This document shows, in pieces, positions 28,364-39,144 of a stretch of 64,000 nt of DNA; position 1 is the stretch's first letter, and the number at the start of each line of letters is the position of its first letter. Where the stretch lies: assembly GCA_965279515.1 (NCBI GenBank), contig CBDIID010000003.1:672001-736000 (forward strand). The letters are read 5' to 3'. The DNA comes from Turneriella sp. (GTDB lineage Bacteria; Spirochaetota; Leptospiria; Turneriellales; Turneriellaceae). Under the pieces are notes generated by a model. The model was not told the origin of the DNA, did no database searches, and saw only the letters and a list, made by a program, of their open reading frames with translations. The position numbers and the translations under genes are program-made.

Positions 28364-29170
28364 ATGATGTCCATCCAATTCAGGTTGATCTGCGTATGCA
28401 TTGCCCTGGCGAGCCTACCCCTGTACTCCCAGGAAAATGCAAAACCGGCGGAAACAAAGCCTGCGGCGACGACGGCACCCGCGGTTAAGCCCGCTGAAGC
28501 GAACACGGAGCCCGCCAAACCGTTGAGCCCCGAAGAGATCGAGGCCGAAGCAAAGCGCCGCGAGCAGGCACAGAGAGATGCAGAGGAAGCGGCACGCAAA
28601 AAGGCCGAGGCGGAGAAAACATTCTTCACCAAGCTGGTTGAAAATTCCAAGGTCTATACCGGGCTTGCGGCCGGCATCGGCGTCGGTGTCAATAAACTGC
28701 ACGGCACGGGATACACCGTCGGCATGGCCATCGATGTGATTGCGTACAAGACCTGGGGTTTCCATTTTGCCGCAGAAACCGGGCAGTACCCCGCGAAAAG
28801 CGCCACGCTGAGTACAGGCGGAGTTCCCGTGAACGTTTCGAGCGGCGGCACTTTCGGCTTCCTGGCGCTCGACTTCGCCGCAGTCTATGTTTTTCCGAAA
28901 GTGCTTAACCTCGACCCCGCTGTGGGCCTGGGTATTTCGGTTTACCAGTTGCGCGGCGGGGCGTATGATTTCAATCAAACTGTTGCGCCCCTTCTCTATG
29001 GCTCGGTCTATTATGATCTGCTCAGCCATCTCCAGGTCGGATTCATCACACAGCTAACGCTGCCGTCGTCATCGAAACTCGAAGCGGCGGGAACATCGAC
29101 CACACTCGACAATAGCGTGGCGCAGACCACGGTTGCCTTTAAGCTGGCGCTGCGCTACGCCTGGTTTTAA
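28364..29170 (+). CDS. Hypothetical outer-membrane beta-barrel-like protein
   Basis: Signal peptide, low-complexity linker, amphipathic strands and C-terminal aromatic YAWF. Confidence 0.6.
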   Translation: MMSIQFRLICVCIALASLPLYSQENAKPAETKPAATTAPAVKPAEANTEPAKPLSPEEIEAEAKRREQAQRDAEEAARKKAEAEKTFFTKLVENSKVYTGLAAGIGVGVNKLHGTGYTVGMAIDVIAYKTWGFHFAAETGQYPAKSATLSTGGVPVNVSSGGTFGFLALDFAAVYVFPKVLNLDPAVGLGISVYQLRGGAYDFNQTVAPLLYGSVYYDLLSHLQVGFITQLTLPSSSKLEAAGTSTTLDNSVAQTTVAFKLALRYAWF

Positions 29171-29176
29171 AGCACA

Positions 29177-29638
29177 ATGACCGGCAAGCCAGTTCAAAGT
29201 TATAATGAGATAGAGATCGCGGCGCCGCCCGAAAAAGTTTTTGACTACGTCACCCGTCCCGACCTCTGGCATGAGTGGCACCCGGCATCGACCTCGGCCC
29301 AGCTGCCGCGTGTGCCGTTGCAGGTCGGCGATGTATTTCGGGAAATCATCACGGTGTCTTACCCGCTGGTGCGCATACGCCGTGCAACCGAGTACACGGT
29401 GACCCTCAGCGAACCCGCAAAAGTCTGGGAAGTTCGGGGGAAATCCTCGTTGTTTGACCTGACCATTCATTATGAATTCAAGGCGCAGGGGAAGGGAACC
29501 CCCTTTCAAAGAAATCTAACCTATGCGGTGAAAGGGGTATTAGCGTATTTTGAACCAATTCTCGTCAGGCCGAAAATCAGACGGCAATCGGCTGCAGCTT
29601 TGAAAAATCTGAAATCTCTACTGGAATCCCTTCGGTAG
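29177..29638 (+). CDS. SRPBCC family protein
   Basis: IEIAAPPEKVFDYV...WHEWHP and C-terminal LKNLKSLLE. Confidence 0.85.
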   Translation: MTGKPVQSYNEIEIAAPPEKVFDYVTRPDLWHEWHPASTSAQLPRVPLQVGDVFREIITVSYPLVRIRRATEYTVTLSEPAKVWEVRGKSSLFDLTIHYEFKAQGKGTPFQRNLTYAVKGVLAYFEPILVRPKIRRQSAAALKNLKSLLESLR

Positions 29639-29646
29639 GGATGATG

Positions 29647-30345
29647 CTACAACTTCTCGGCGAGAAAATCGTCGAAATAGAGGTAAGGCGTACTATTTCC
29701 TCCTCCTGTGATGCCGGTATAACCGTCACCAAAACTGGAATCAACAAGGGAGATAGAGATTGTGCTATTTCCTTCAATCGCACAGGTTATTTTTGTACCG
29801 TCGAAAGTCAGCGTAATCTTGTCCGAAATGCCTGACGTTAACTGGTGCATTGCCACATCACCAAAACTCGCAACTACCCCGCTGGCTTCTTTTCTAAGCG
29901 CGAAATTATATTTATAAGGATTGCTGCTACCCTGCACAAAATAATAGCCACAGAGATAGCTATCTATGGGAGCGTCGCTTGCCGCCGATCGGCCGATGAG
30001 ATATCCGGAGCTGAAGTAGTTGGAGGCTCCGGAAATACTAAACTTTGCACTGACTTTAAAACTACCCTTAATCTTATCCGTGTAAAGCGCGGATGGTAAT
30101 GACTCATCAGCTATTATTCCACTACCAAGCGGTTGAGCCTTATTATTACTGATCTGAAAACCCACGGCGGGAGAGATAATCCTGGTCGTCCACTTTGATC
30201 CAAGACTGCTGCTGCCCGAACGGTTAAAGTCATCCTTAAAAATTTCATTACTTGTGGTTTTCTTGATACACTGGCTAAATGCCAAGAGAACCATTAAAAT
30301 GACTGCGGCAGACCGCAAAACGACGTTGACTCTTCCCAATTTCAT
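29647..30345 (-). CDS. Hypothetical lipoprotein (beta-sandwich/lectin-like)
   Basis: LLAFSQ-C lipobox-like sequence, FKDDFNR start and YFDDF end. Confidence 0.6.
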   Translation of the reverse strand: MKLGRVNVVLRSAAVILMVLLAFSQCIKKTTSNEIFKDDFNRSGSSSLGSKWTTRIISPAVGFQISNNKAQPLGSGIIADESLPSALYTDKIKGSFKVSAKFSISGASNYFSSGYLIGRSAASDAPIDSYLCGYYFVQGSSNPYKYNFALRKEASGVVASFGDVAMHQLTSGISDKITLTFDGTKITCAIEGNSTISISLVDSSFGDGYTGITGGGNSTPYLYFDDFLAEKL

Positions 30346-30446
30346 ATACCCTATTTTCGACGACTCACAGTGCCACCCATAGCTTGTAAACCCTTATCGT
30401 TGCCTGATTTTCATCGACGTCATGTCTTTTTAAGCAAAACCAACCA

Positions 30447-33008
30447 ATGCTCCAGTTTGTCCTGAAGGCGATTTTCGGCTCGAAGTACGAGCGCGATTTG
30501 AAGCGCATCCGCCCCTATGTCGAGCGCATCAACAGCCTCGAACCCGGCATGCAAAAGCTGTCGGATGCAGAGCTCGCGGCGAAAACTCCGGCCTTTAAGG
30601 AACGTCTCGCCAACGGCGAAAAACTGATTTCACTCCTCCCGGAAGCTTTTGCTGTACTGCGCGAAACCTCAGTGCGCACGCTGAAAATGCGCCATTTCGA
30701 CGTGCAGCTCATGGGCGCGATGGCGCTCAACGAAGGCAAAATCTCTGAAATGAAGACCGGTGAGGGAAAAACACTCACAGCGACGCTGGCAGTTTACCTC
30801 AATGCCCTGACTGGCAAGGGCGTTCACCTCGTGACCGTCAACGACTACCTCGCCAGCCGCGACGCCGACTGGATGCGCCCGCTCTATGACTTCCATGGCC
30901 TGACCACGGGCGTCATCAAAAGCAACATGCCGCACACCAAGCGGCGTGAAGCCTATGCGGCCGACATCACCTACGGTACAAACAACGAGTACGGCTTCGA
31001 TTACCTGCGCGATAACATGGTCGACCACCGTAACTACCGTGTGCAGCGCTCGCACTACTTCGCGATTGTCGACGAGGTCGACTCGATTCTGATCGACGAA
31101 GCACGCACACCGCTCATTATCTCAGGCCCCGCCGACCAGGATGCCGGCGAATACGTGCGCGTGAACAAGGTTATTCCCGCACTTTCAGACAAAGTCGACT
31201 ACGATGTGGACGAAAAGGCGCGCAGCGTATTACTCACGGAAATCGGTGTGCATAAGGTTGAAAAACTGTTGAACGTCGATAACCTCTACGCACCGCAGAA
31301 CGTCGAACTCGTGCACCATGTGCACCAGTGCCTCAAAGCGCACAAACTGTTCGCCAAAGACGTCGACTACGTCGTGCAGTCGGGCGAGATTATTATCGTC
31401 GATGAATTCACCGGCCGTCTGATGGAGGGCCGCCGCTACAGCGATGGCCTGCACCAGGCGATCGAAGCAAAAGAAAAAGTCGATGTAAAACAAGAAAACC
31501 AGACACTCGCGACGATCACCTTCCAGAATTTTTTCCGCATGTATGAAAAACTGGCGGGTATGACCGGAACCGCCGACACCGAAGCTGAAGAATTCCGGAA
31601 GATTTACAAACTCGACGTGATGGTGATTCCACCGAACCGCAAGATGATCCGTAAAGATGCGGCGGACAAGGTTTACCGTACGGGTCGTGAGAAGTTCGAC
31701 GCCATCGCCGAAGAGGTAAAAACTTTGCACCTCAAAGGCCAGCCGGTGCTTTTGGGTACGATCTCGATCGAAAACTCCGAGAAGCTGTCGAAGCTTTTGA
31801 CGACGAAGGGCATCCCCCACAGCGTGCTCAACGCGAAATTCCACGACCAGGAAGCGCAGATTATTAAAGAAGCCGGCCACAGAGGCCGTGTGACAATCGC
31901 CACCAACATGGCGGGCCGCGGTACCGACATCATTCTCGGCGAAGGCGTCAAAGACCTGGGTGGATTACACATCGTGGGTTCAGAACGCCACGAATCGCGC
32001 CGTATCGACAACCAGCTGCGCGGCCGGGCGGGCCGCCAGGGCGACCCCGGCAGTTCGCGCTTTTACCTCTCGCTCGAAGACGAGCTGATGCGTATTTTCG
32101 GCTCTGACCGTTTAGGGCCGATCATGCAGCGTTTTGGCATGCAAGAAGGCGAAGCGCTCGAGCACCGTATGGTGACGAATGCCATCGAACGCGCGCAGAA
32201 ACGCGTCGAATCGCACCACTTCGAGATGCGCAAGCACCTGCTCGAATACGACGATGTGATGAACAAGCAGCGCAAGTACATCTACATGATCCGCAACGAG
32301 ATTCTCGATAATACGGATGTCAAAGACCTGATACGCGAATTCGCCGACGACGCGGTCAACATCCGCATTGAGCAGCTTCTGCCCGGCAAAAAGGTTTCGG
32401 AGTTTAACTTTGAAGCGCTCGCCGAATATCTCAACGGCGTCTTCCAGATCAAGTACGACGACCTCGAAGAAGCCGTGCGCCGCGCCAGCAAAGAAGAATT
32501 TATGGCCGAGGTGCGCAAAAAGGCGCTCGATGCCTTAAACCGCAAAGAAGAAGAGATCGGCGCTGAGAACATGCGTATTCTCGAAAAGATGATCGCGCTG
32601 CAGGTCATCGACCAGAAATGGAAAGACCACCTCTACCTGATGGACCAGCTGCGCGACGGTATCTGGACGCTGGGTTATGCGGAGCGCAACCCGCTTGTCG
32701 AATACCGTTTCCGTGCCTTCGCGATGTTCGAAGACATGGTCGCGGCGGTCAAAGACGAAGTCACAGAGTTCATCCTGCGGGCGCAGGTCAAAGAGCAGCT
32801 GCGTGAAGAAGAGGCGATTGAAACCGAATACCACGAAGTCGGCAGCGCTCAGCACAGCACGATGGCAGGTTTTGATATGACGGACGGCGTGGCTGCACAG
32901 GCGCTGGCAAAGCAGATGCAGAGCGGGCAGCCAGGCGCAACGACGTCTGAGGCCGCAAAGCAGACTGGCGGCGGATCGTCGAAGAGAAAGTCGTCCCGTC
33001 GGCGCTGA
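30447..33008 (+). CDS. secA: Preprotein translocase subunit SecA
   Basis: [38 protein letters not shown] and [18 protein letters not shown] motifs. Confidence 0.98.
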   Translation: MLQFVLKAIFGSKYERDLKRIRPYVERINSLEPGMQKLSDAELAAKTPAFKERLANGEKLISLLPEAFAVLRETSVRTLKMRHFDVQLMGAMALNEGKISEMKTGEGKTLTATLAVYLNALTGKGVHLVTVNDYLASRDADWMRPLYDFHGLTTGVIKSNMPHTKRREAYAADITYGTNNEYGFDYLRDNMVDHRNYRVQRSHYFAIVDEVDSILIDEARTPLIISGPADQDAGEYVRVNKVIPALSDKVDYDVDEKARSVLLTEIGVHKVEKLLNVDNLYAPQNVELVHHVHQCLKAHKLFAKDVDYVVQSGEIIIVDEFTGRLMEGRRYSDGLHQAIEAKEKVDVKQENQTLATITFQNFFRMYEKLAGMTGTADTEAEEFRKIYKLDVMVIPPNRKMIRKDAADKVYRTGREKFDAIAEEVKTLHLKGQPVLLGTISIENSEKLSKLLTTKGIPHSVLNAKFHDQEAQIIKEAGHRGRVTIATNMAGRGTDIILGEGVKDLGGLHIVGSERHESRRIDNQLRGRAGRQGDPGSSRFYLSLEDELMRIFGSDRLGPIMQRFGMQEGEALEHRMVTNAIERAQKRVESHHFEMRKHLLEYDDVMNKQRKYIYMIRNEILDNTDVKDLIREFADDAVNIRIEQLLPGKKVSEFNFEALAEYLNGVFQIKYDDLEEAVRRASKEEFMAEVRKKALDALNRKEEEIGAENMRILEKMIALQVIDQKWKDHLYLMDQLRDGIWTLGYAERNPLVEYRFRAFAMFEDMVAAVKDEVTEFILRAQVKEQLREEEAIETEYHEVGSAQHSTMAGFDMTDGVAAQALAKQMQSGQPGATTSEAAKQTGGGSSKRKSSRRR

Positions 33009-33148
33009 CCCCACCCCGGCTCGCTGGGCGAGCCACCCCTCCCCATTGACATGGAGAGGGGTATGTTCTGAAATCTAATTCGGATTAAGACCTATCCCCA
33101 AGTTCCCCCTCTCCACGTTAGTGGGGAGGGGGTTAGGGGGTGGGGTCA
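33006..33148. repeat. 143-bp palindromic MITE/REP-like element, copy 1
   Basis: Termini TGACCCCACCCC / GGGGTGGGGTCA with internal hairpins. Confidence 0.88.
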
Positions 33149-33790
33149 CCTACCCCACTTACTCTCGATATACGCGTCCCGTCCCGACCCTTTGCGGTAG
33201 CGGTAATAATCCGTCGGATTCTTCTTGTAATAGTCCTGGTGGTAATCTTCCGCCGGCCAGAAGTCATTGGCTTCTTTGATCTTCACGGCAATCTTCCCAA
33301 ACTTACCCGAGGCCGCCATTTCGTCCCTGGTTTTTTCCGCCGCGGCTTTTTCCGTTTTGCTGCCGAAAAAGATGTAAGTCTTATACTGTTCGCCGCGGTC
33401 ATAGAACTGGCCGTCATCCTGCTCGGGATTGATGTTGCGCCAGAAGACATCGAGCAGCTTTTCATAGCTCACCTGCGCCGGGTCGTAGAGCACGAGCACT
33501 GATTCGACCTGCGAGCTGCGCCCGTACGAGACTTCACTATATGTGGGATTCTTCTCTTTGCCGCCCGAATAGCCCGAGATGACGGCCTTCACACCCGCGA
33601 GCTTTTCATAGGGCGGCTCCATACACCAGAAGCAACCACCGGCGAAGATTGCCGTTCTGAGCTTGGTGTCTTTATTTACATAAGGGCGCGGTAAGGTGAA
33701 CTTGTCCGCAGAGCCGCCACCCGCTTCAGCCTTGTCGCCGCAGGCAATCAAAAGCCCGGCCAGAAGCACGGCCCAATGTCTTAGTTTCAT
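33146..33790 (-). CDS. msrA: Peptide-methionine (S)-S-oxide reductase with lipoprotein signal
   Basis: FAGGCFWC and AEDYHQDYY motifs. Confidence 0.95.
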   Translation of the reverse strand: MKLRHWAVLLAGLLIACGDKAEAGGGSADKFTLPRPYVNKDTKLRTAIFAGGCFWCMEPPYEKLAGVKAVISGYSGGKEKNPTYSEVSYGRSSQVESVLVLYDPAQVSYEKLLDVFWRNINPEQDDGQFYDRGEQYKTYIFFGSKTEKAAAEKTRDEMAASGKFGKIAVKIKEANDFWPAEDYHQDYYKKNPTDYYRYRKGSGRDAYIESKWGR

Positions 33791-33990
33791 GATAAATCCC
33801 CCTTTGAACCCCCGTGTGGTACGTCCATGTTGTTTTGGTCGCTTTGAAACGATAATTATGACAATTTATTGACGTGCGTTGCACAAAAAACATATATTCA
33901 GCATCGTAGCCGGATATCTGCGGTGTCGGATGGTACACTATGTACACCACCACCTGGATTCATCCTAATCTAAAGGAGAAAAAAAATAAA

Positions 33991-34719
33991 ATGAACATCT
34001 CAATACTTTCCGATCACGGTGCATTTCTGTTCCGTTACTTTCACATTATCGGGGGCGTCGCCTGGATTGGCGTACTCTGGTATATCAACTTCATTCAAGG
34101 CGGTTATGTCGGCGGCCTCGACGCGGCAGGCCAGACCACGGCAAAACAAAAGCTGTTTCCGAAAGTCATGTGGTACTTTCGTTACGGTGCGCTGCTGACT
34201 TTCATCACCGGCGTGGCGCTCATTGTCCTGAAGGGTTTTGGCCCCGGTAAAGTTGCTCCCGTAGGTACTGATGTCTGGAATGCCTGGTTTGCTAAAATCT
34301 ATCCCGGTTTTATGTTCGCCACCATCATGTTCCTCAATGTCTGGCTCGTGATCTGGCCCCGCCAGAAGAAAATCATCGCAGCAGCGAATGGCACAGCCGT
34401 CGACGGCGTACCAAAACTTGCGCGCCGCGGTTTTCTCGCATCACGCACCAACACGCTGCTCTCTATCCCTATGCTGTTTTTCATGGCATCTGCAGTACAC
34501 CTGCCGATCGTGATGGTCAGCGCAGCGAAACTGCAACTGTGGATTATCGTTGTTTCAGGCGTGCTTTTGCTCATCGAAGCCAATGCGCTTTTCACAACCA
34601 ACGATCCGGCTGCAAAACCAGCCAGCTTCAAGCCTCTCGAATCGATTAAGGGCGTGATTCACATGGGCTTCTTGCTCACGATTCTGCTCTATGTCGGTGT
34701 GGAATTGTTGCTGAAGTAA
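33991..34719 (+). CDS. PuuD (urate hydroxylase)-like membrane protein
   Basis: RYFHIIGGVAWIG.LWY.NF, IMFLNVWLVIWPRQKK and SRTNTLLSIPMLFFM motifs. Confidence 0.75.
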   Translation: MNISILSDHGAFLFRYFHIIGGVAWIGVLWYINFIQGGYVGGLDAAGQTTAKQKLFPKVMWYFRYGALLTFITGVALIVLKGFGPGKVAPVGTDVWNAWFAKIYPGFMFATIMFLNVWLVIWPRQKKIIAAANGTAVDGVPKLARRGFLASRTNTLLSIPMLFFMASAVHLPIVMVSAAKLQLWIIVVSGVLLLIEANALFTTNDPAAKPASFKPLESIKGVIHMGFLLTILLYVGVELLLK

Positions 34720-34859
34720 CCCCACCCCGGTTCGCTGCGCGAACCACCCCTCCCCATTGACATGGAGAGGGGCCTTTTCTGAAATTCAATTTTAGATAAA
34801 ACCGTATTCCCTATTCCCCCTCTCCACGTATGTGGGGAGGGGGTTAGGGGGTGGGGTTA
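34717..34859. repeat. 143-bp palindromic MITE/REP-like element, copy 2
   Basis: Termini TAACCCCACCCC / GGGGTGGGGTTA; homologous to copy 1. Confidence 0.88.
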
Positions 34860-35699
34860 ACTCGCTTTCGCGTCGTAACTCGCCAACGCTTTTTGCGCCA
34901 GATGGTAATTCTGGTTATCCCACGGATGAAAATCGGGCTTGTAATACTCCAGAAACTTAAAGAAGCTCTTGCGCGCCAGATCGTATTTGCCAAAGAACAC
35001 ATCGAAGATCGTCAGCCACTCTTTGGGTTTGAAGAGGGAGCGGTCCTGCGCCATAAAATACAGCGTATTGCCAAAGGTAATCAGGTAAAAGCCGACCAGC
35101 GCCATATTCATGATGCCTGTACGCAACGCATAACTGTCGTCGATCGCGAGTAACTGGTCGTAGGCGACAGCCTTGTGTTCGATCTCTTCGGCGGCATGCC
35201 ATTCAAAGAGCCGGCGCATCTCGGGATGCATCTGGTTCACGAGCTCGGTATTCTCAAAATAAATCTCACCGAACATCGCGGTAAAGTGCTCGAGGCCGGC
35301 GACGAGGGCGTAGTTGGCCTTATCGGGCAGCGCTTTTTCCAGCCAATCGAAGGCAAACTGGCGCACGGTCCAGATGACCGGCTCGAGGTTATAGCCCTGT
35401 GCACGCAGGAGATCCCACAGTTTTTCATGCTGCGTCGCGTGCATCGTTTCTTGGCCGATAAAGCCCTGGATATCTTTTTTGATTTTCGGATCGCTGACTT
35501 GCGTGAGCGCCTTTTTCGACCAGCGCACGAAATAACGTTCGGCGTCGGGAAAAATCGCGGTCCAGGTATTCAGCATGTGCGTGAGAAAGGCGCTGTCGCC
35601 GAACCAGTGTTTTGGCAGCGAGGCATCGAAACTGACCTGTATGCGGTGGGGCTTGATCTGTTCTGGCGAGTTACGCCCCCTCAACTCGGCGTTATTCAT
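34857..35699 (-). CDS. Predicted metal-dependent hydrolase (diiron-type)
   Basis: FPDAERYF, FIGQETMH, LEHFTA and WHAAEEIEHK motifs. Confidence 0.85.
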   Translation of the reverse strand: MNNAELRGRNSPEQIKPHRIQVSFDASLPKHWFGDSAFLTHMLNTWTAIFPDAERYFVRWSKKALTQVSDPKIKKDIQGFIGQETMHATQHEKLWDLLRAQGYNLEPVIWTVRQFAFDWLEKALPDKANYALVAGLEHFTAMFGEIYFENTELVNQMHPEMRRLFEWHAAEEIEHKAVAYDQLLAIDDSYALRTGIMNMALVGFYLITFGNTLYFMAQDRSLFKPKEWLTIFDVFFGKYDLARKSFFKFLEYYKPDFHPWDNQNYHLAQKALASYDAKAS

Positions 35700-36580
35700 A
35701 CCGCTACCTCGCGTGCATTCCATCTTTCTACATGCGGCAAGGCATCGTCGAGATAATAGGCACTATTCTCCGTAATGTGGATGATTTCTTCCCACTTTAC
35801 GCCAAACTCTTCTGTTCCAATATGCGGCTCCACAGCCCAAAGTCCCGGGTCTGCCGAGACACGCGTGTTTTCTGCCCACAGCGCCGTGTGGTTATCCCAC
35901 GGGTTGATGATGCGGCTGATCTCTTCGGCCGCCAGGTACAGGAAGGTCGAGACCTCGAAGCGCATCACGGGAATGCGGGGCAAAAGCCGCGTCGGTATTT
36001 TGCCGACCTTGTGTCCCAAAACACCCTGCGGGTATTTTGCATGGCAATTCTCATAACCCATATCGGCGAGCGCCTCGCTCACATCGGCATAGATCTGCGC
36101 CATCGTCTTCTCTTTGCAGACCCCTGCGAGAATCAGCGGCCGAAAAACGGAGAGATCATCGAGCGCCTTTTCGATCTTTTCATTGCGTCCATGCGCATAG
36201 GCATAACCGACATCGGCCGAGCAGTCATTGAAGATCGGCGCAACATCGAGAATGACGCCCATACCCTCTTCGAGCCGAGTATCGGTCGGCATAAACTTCT
36301 CTCCAAAATGCGGTGGGAGTAATTTCGTCGGGAAATTGCGGGTATCGAAAGGGCGGTCAATCCCCTGGAAGGCGGTGCGCTTGCCGAACCAGGCAAAGGG
36401 CGCGTGGAAATACCGCGTCATGCCGCGCGCCTTGATTTCATCGTCGATCATCTGCGCCGCGTCGCGCTCGCTGTCGCCGGTTTTGAGGTTTTTAGCGACC
36501 GCAACCACGGCTTCATAAGAGAGGCGTTGGCACTCTTTGAAGCTCATGAGGTCAGTGTCGGTATAGAATTCTCGTGACAT
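35696..36580 (-). CDS. M24-family peptidase-like protein
   Basis: ILDVAP, ADVGY, GVLGH, WAVEPH and KWEE motifs. Confidence 0.8.
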   Translation of the reverse strand: MSREFYTDTDLMSFKECQRLSYEAVVAVAKNLKTGDSERDAAQMIDDEIKARGMTRYFHAPFAWFGKRTAFQGIDRPFDTRNFPTKLLPPHFGEKFMPTDTRLEEGMGVILDVAPIFNDCSADVGYAYAHGRNEKIEKALDDLSVFRPLILAGVCKEKTMAQIYADVSEALADMGYENCHAKYPQGVLGHKVGKIPTRLLPRIPVMRFEVSTFLYLAAEEISRIINPWDNHTALWAENTRVSADPGLWAVEPHIGTEEFGVKWEEIIHITENSAYYLDDALPHVERWNAREVAV

Positions 36581-36801
36581 GGCCTCATATAGCCATACTT
36601 GAACAAAGTGTCAACTTTTATTGAAGGACAGCGCATCAAGTCGACGTCAAAAAATGCGGCGATAGCCGGAAGCCTCGGCGTTTGGTAAACCCCAAACGCC
36701 TGCTAAAGCGGCCGAAACGGCCTGCTTCCGGCTATCAGGGGAGCCGCATTTTCGACCGGGTTATTGCTTGTCGTAGCTGCCAATGCCCCGAATCTGAACC
36801 G

Positions 36802-39144
36802 ATGCAAAGCCTCGAGGCATACCTGTCATTGGGAGTGTTAATCCTCCTTATACTGACATCCGCCTTCTATACCCTCTACCTGCGCTTCTTGCCGCTGCGC
36901 TACGTCTTCTATGGCTTTCGCATCGCGCTGACGGGCCTGGGCCGCGAAGACGAAGGCACAACGATACCGCGTACGCAGCGCTCGGGCGAGATCAATAACC
37001 TGCGCGCGATGTTCCTGGCGGGCAGCATCCAGGCAAATGCCGCCGTATTGTTGGGTATTCCCGTCATTGTACTCTGGGGCGGCGCGCCTTCGCTCGTCTG
37101 GGTTGCACTCTTTGGCATTCTTCTGGCGACGCTGCGTTTTGCCGGCGGCACACTCGCAGTGCGTTACCGTGAAAAACATGATACCGGCTGGTTGGGTGGT
37201 GCGCGTGAAATCGTCGCGTCAACTTTCTGGGGTAACCGCGGCGCCTTAGTCTATACGCTCGTCGCCATCGTCGTCTGCCTCATCTGGGGTGCGGCAGCGC
37301 AGGCAGATCTTTGGCATAACTTCTATGCGACTCCCGAAAAAGTGAAACTGCCGCTGCGTCTCGGCGAACATATTTTCTCGAGCCAGTGGGCGCCGCTCTT
37401 TATGGTGCTGACGGGTTTTATTTTGAGCCTCGGTTCATTGCGCCGCGTCGGCCGCATCGCGGCATTCATCTCGCCCATCGTCACCGGTCTTTTGCTGATA
37501 CTCGCGATCTTTATCATTGCACAAAATTCGGGTAAGGCTGCCGAGTTCATGTCGATGGCATTTTCGCAGGCCCTCAACTTCAAAAGTCTCGCGTCAGGCA
37601 TTGTCGCATCGCTGCTGGTCTTTAAATGCGCGGCGTTTACAGGTATCGTTGCGCCAGAAGAATCGACGGGCATTTCAGGCGCCGTGACCGCAGCATCGAT
37701 CAACGACTATGCGGTGAAGCAGGGTCTGGTTTCGATGTCGACGGCGCTCTTGTACACTACGCTGGTCATTCCCCTGCTCTGCCTTGCCTACGCTGTGGGC
37801 ATGCCCGAAGTCAAGGGTGTCGACGCCGCGATGGGCGGTGTAAAATCGCTGCTCGCGCCTGCGCCTGCCGCGGCGAGTGAAATTATCCGCCAGGTACAGT
37901 TCTCGCTCGCGCATGTATTCTCAGGCGCGCTGGGTCGCGGCGGCTTTTTGATCATCGCACTCTCTGCCTTTGCCCTGGGAGCCATCGCCGCGGGCGTATG
38001 GATTATCATACTCGAAAGATTCCTGCTCTCGATCGGTGCGCGCGCCCTCGTCTGGCCCGGACGCATCGCCTACGTGGCGATTTTCGCGCTCTCGGCGCGC
38101 TTTTCTAATCTCGCTGATAAGGTGCTCATCTCATCGATTCTGTTTTCGCTGATGGCTTTGGTCTTTTTGACGGCACTCATCAGCAAAGTCAAAGAAGTGC
38201 GGCAGGTATCGCGCGAGTATTTTGAACTTTTTCCGCACAAACACGACCTCGGCGTCAAATTCTATGTTCTGCTGCTGACCCTGTTGCCGAAGAACATGGT
38301 TTCTAAGCTCAACGGCTTTCTCGCCGGCCTGCGCCTGCCGCGCTTTATGATGACGCCAATTGTACTGGCGTTTGCGCGTATCTACAAGATCAATATCCAG
38401 GAAGCGGAGCTTGAAATCCGCGACTATGAATCCTTAAATAAGTTTTTCACACGCGCCCTCAAGAACGGCTCACGCCTCATCGACCAGAAAGAAACAGTGA
38501 TTGTTTCACCGGTGGATGGCCGCCTTTTGGTTGCGGGCAGCCTGGAGAAAGGCCAGCTTCTCCAAAGCAAAGGGATGGAATCTTCGCTACAAAACCTGCT
38601 CGGCAATAACCGTTTCTACAAACGTTTCCTCGGCGGTCACTACATGACGATCTATCTTTCGCCGCAGGATTATCACCGTATCCATTCCCCGGTCGAGGGC
38701 CGTATTTTAGGCTACTATTACCAACCAGGCAAACTTTTCCCCGTGAACAATTTGGCCGTGAACTCGATCAACCAGCTGTTCTCCAAGAACGAGCGCCTCA
38801 TTACCTACATCCAGAGCGAGCGCGGCCTTGTCGCGCTCATCAAGGTCGGAGCAACTTCGGTGGGTAAGATCCGCGTCACCTACGACCCCAATATCGCGAC
38901 CAACCGCTGGATACGCCTCGCCAAAGAACACATGTATGACGAAGAGATCCAGATCCGCAAGGGCGCTGAGCTCGGCCGCTTTGAGATGGGTTCAACCGTC
39001 ATGCTGCTCTTTGAAAAAGACACCGTCGAGCTGCTCGAATTCGAAGAGAAACAGAAAATGATCCTGGGGCAGCCCATTGCACTCTTTACCAATAAACCGC
39101 AGGCAACGAAACCTGCAAAAACAAAATCGGGAGCTAAGAAATGA
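36802..39144 (+). CDS. psd: Fusion of an alanine/glycine:cation symporter-like domain and phosphatidylserine decarboxylase
   Basis: N-terminal multi-TM region with AGCS-like GEI..., LAVRYRE and VKQGLV. C-terminal FFTRALK, SPVDG, YLSPQDYHRIHSP, NER and GRFEMGSTV. Confidence 0.85.
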   Translation: MQSLEAYLSLGVLILLILTSAFYTLYLRFLPLRYVFYGFRIALTGLGREDEGTTIPRTQRSGEINNLRAMFLAGSIQANAAVLLGIPVIVLWGGAPSLVWVALFGILLATLRFAGGTLAVRYREKHDTGWLGGAREIVASTFWGNRGALVYTLVAIVVCLIWGAAAQADLWHNFYATPEKVKLPLRLGEHIFSSQWAPLFMVLTGFILSLGSLRRVGRIAAFISPIVTGLLLILAIFIIAQNSGKAAEFMSMAFSQALNFKSLASGIVASLLVFKCAAFTGIVAPEESTGISGAVTAASINDYAVKQGLVSMSTALLYTTLVIPLLCLAYAVGMPEVKGVDAAMGGVKSLLAPAPAAASEIIRQVQFSLAHVFSGALGRGGFLIIALSAFALGAIAAGVWIIILERFLLSIGARALVWPGRIAYVAIFALSARFSNLADKVLISSILFSLMALVFLTALISKVKEVRQVSREYFELFPHKHDLGVKFYVLLLTLLPKNMVSKLNGFLAGLRLPRFMMTPIVLAFARIYKINIQEAELEIRDYESLNKFFTRALKNGSRLIDQKETVIVSPVDGRLLVAGSLEKGQLLQSKGMESSLQNLLGNNRFYKRFLGGHYMTIYLSPQDYHRIHSPVEGRILGYYYQPGKLFPVNNLAVNSINQLFSKNERLITYIQSERGLVALIKVGATSVGKIRVTYDPNIATNRWIRLAKEHMYDEEIQIRKGAELGRFEMGSTVMLLFEKDTVELLEFEEKQKMILGQPIALFTNKPQATKPAKTKSGAKK

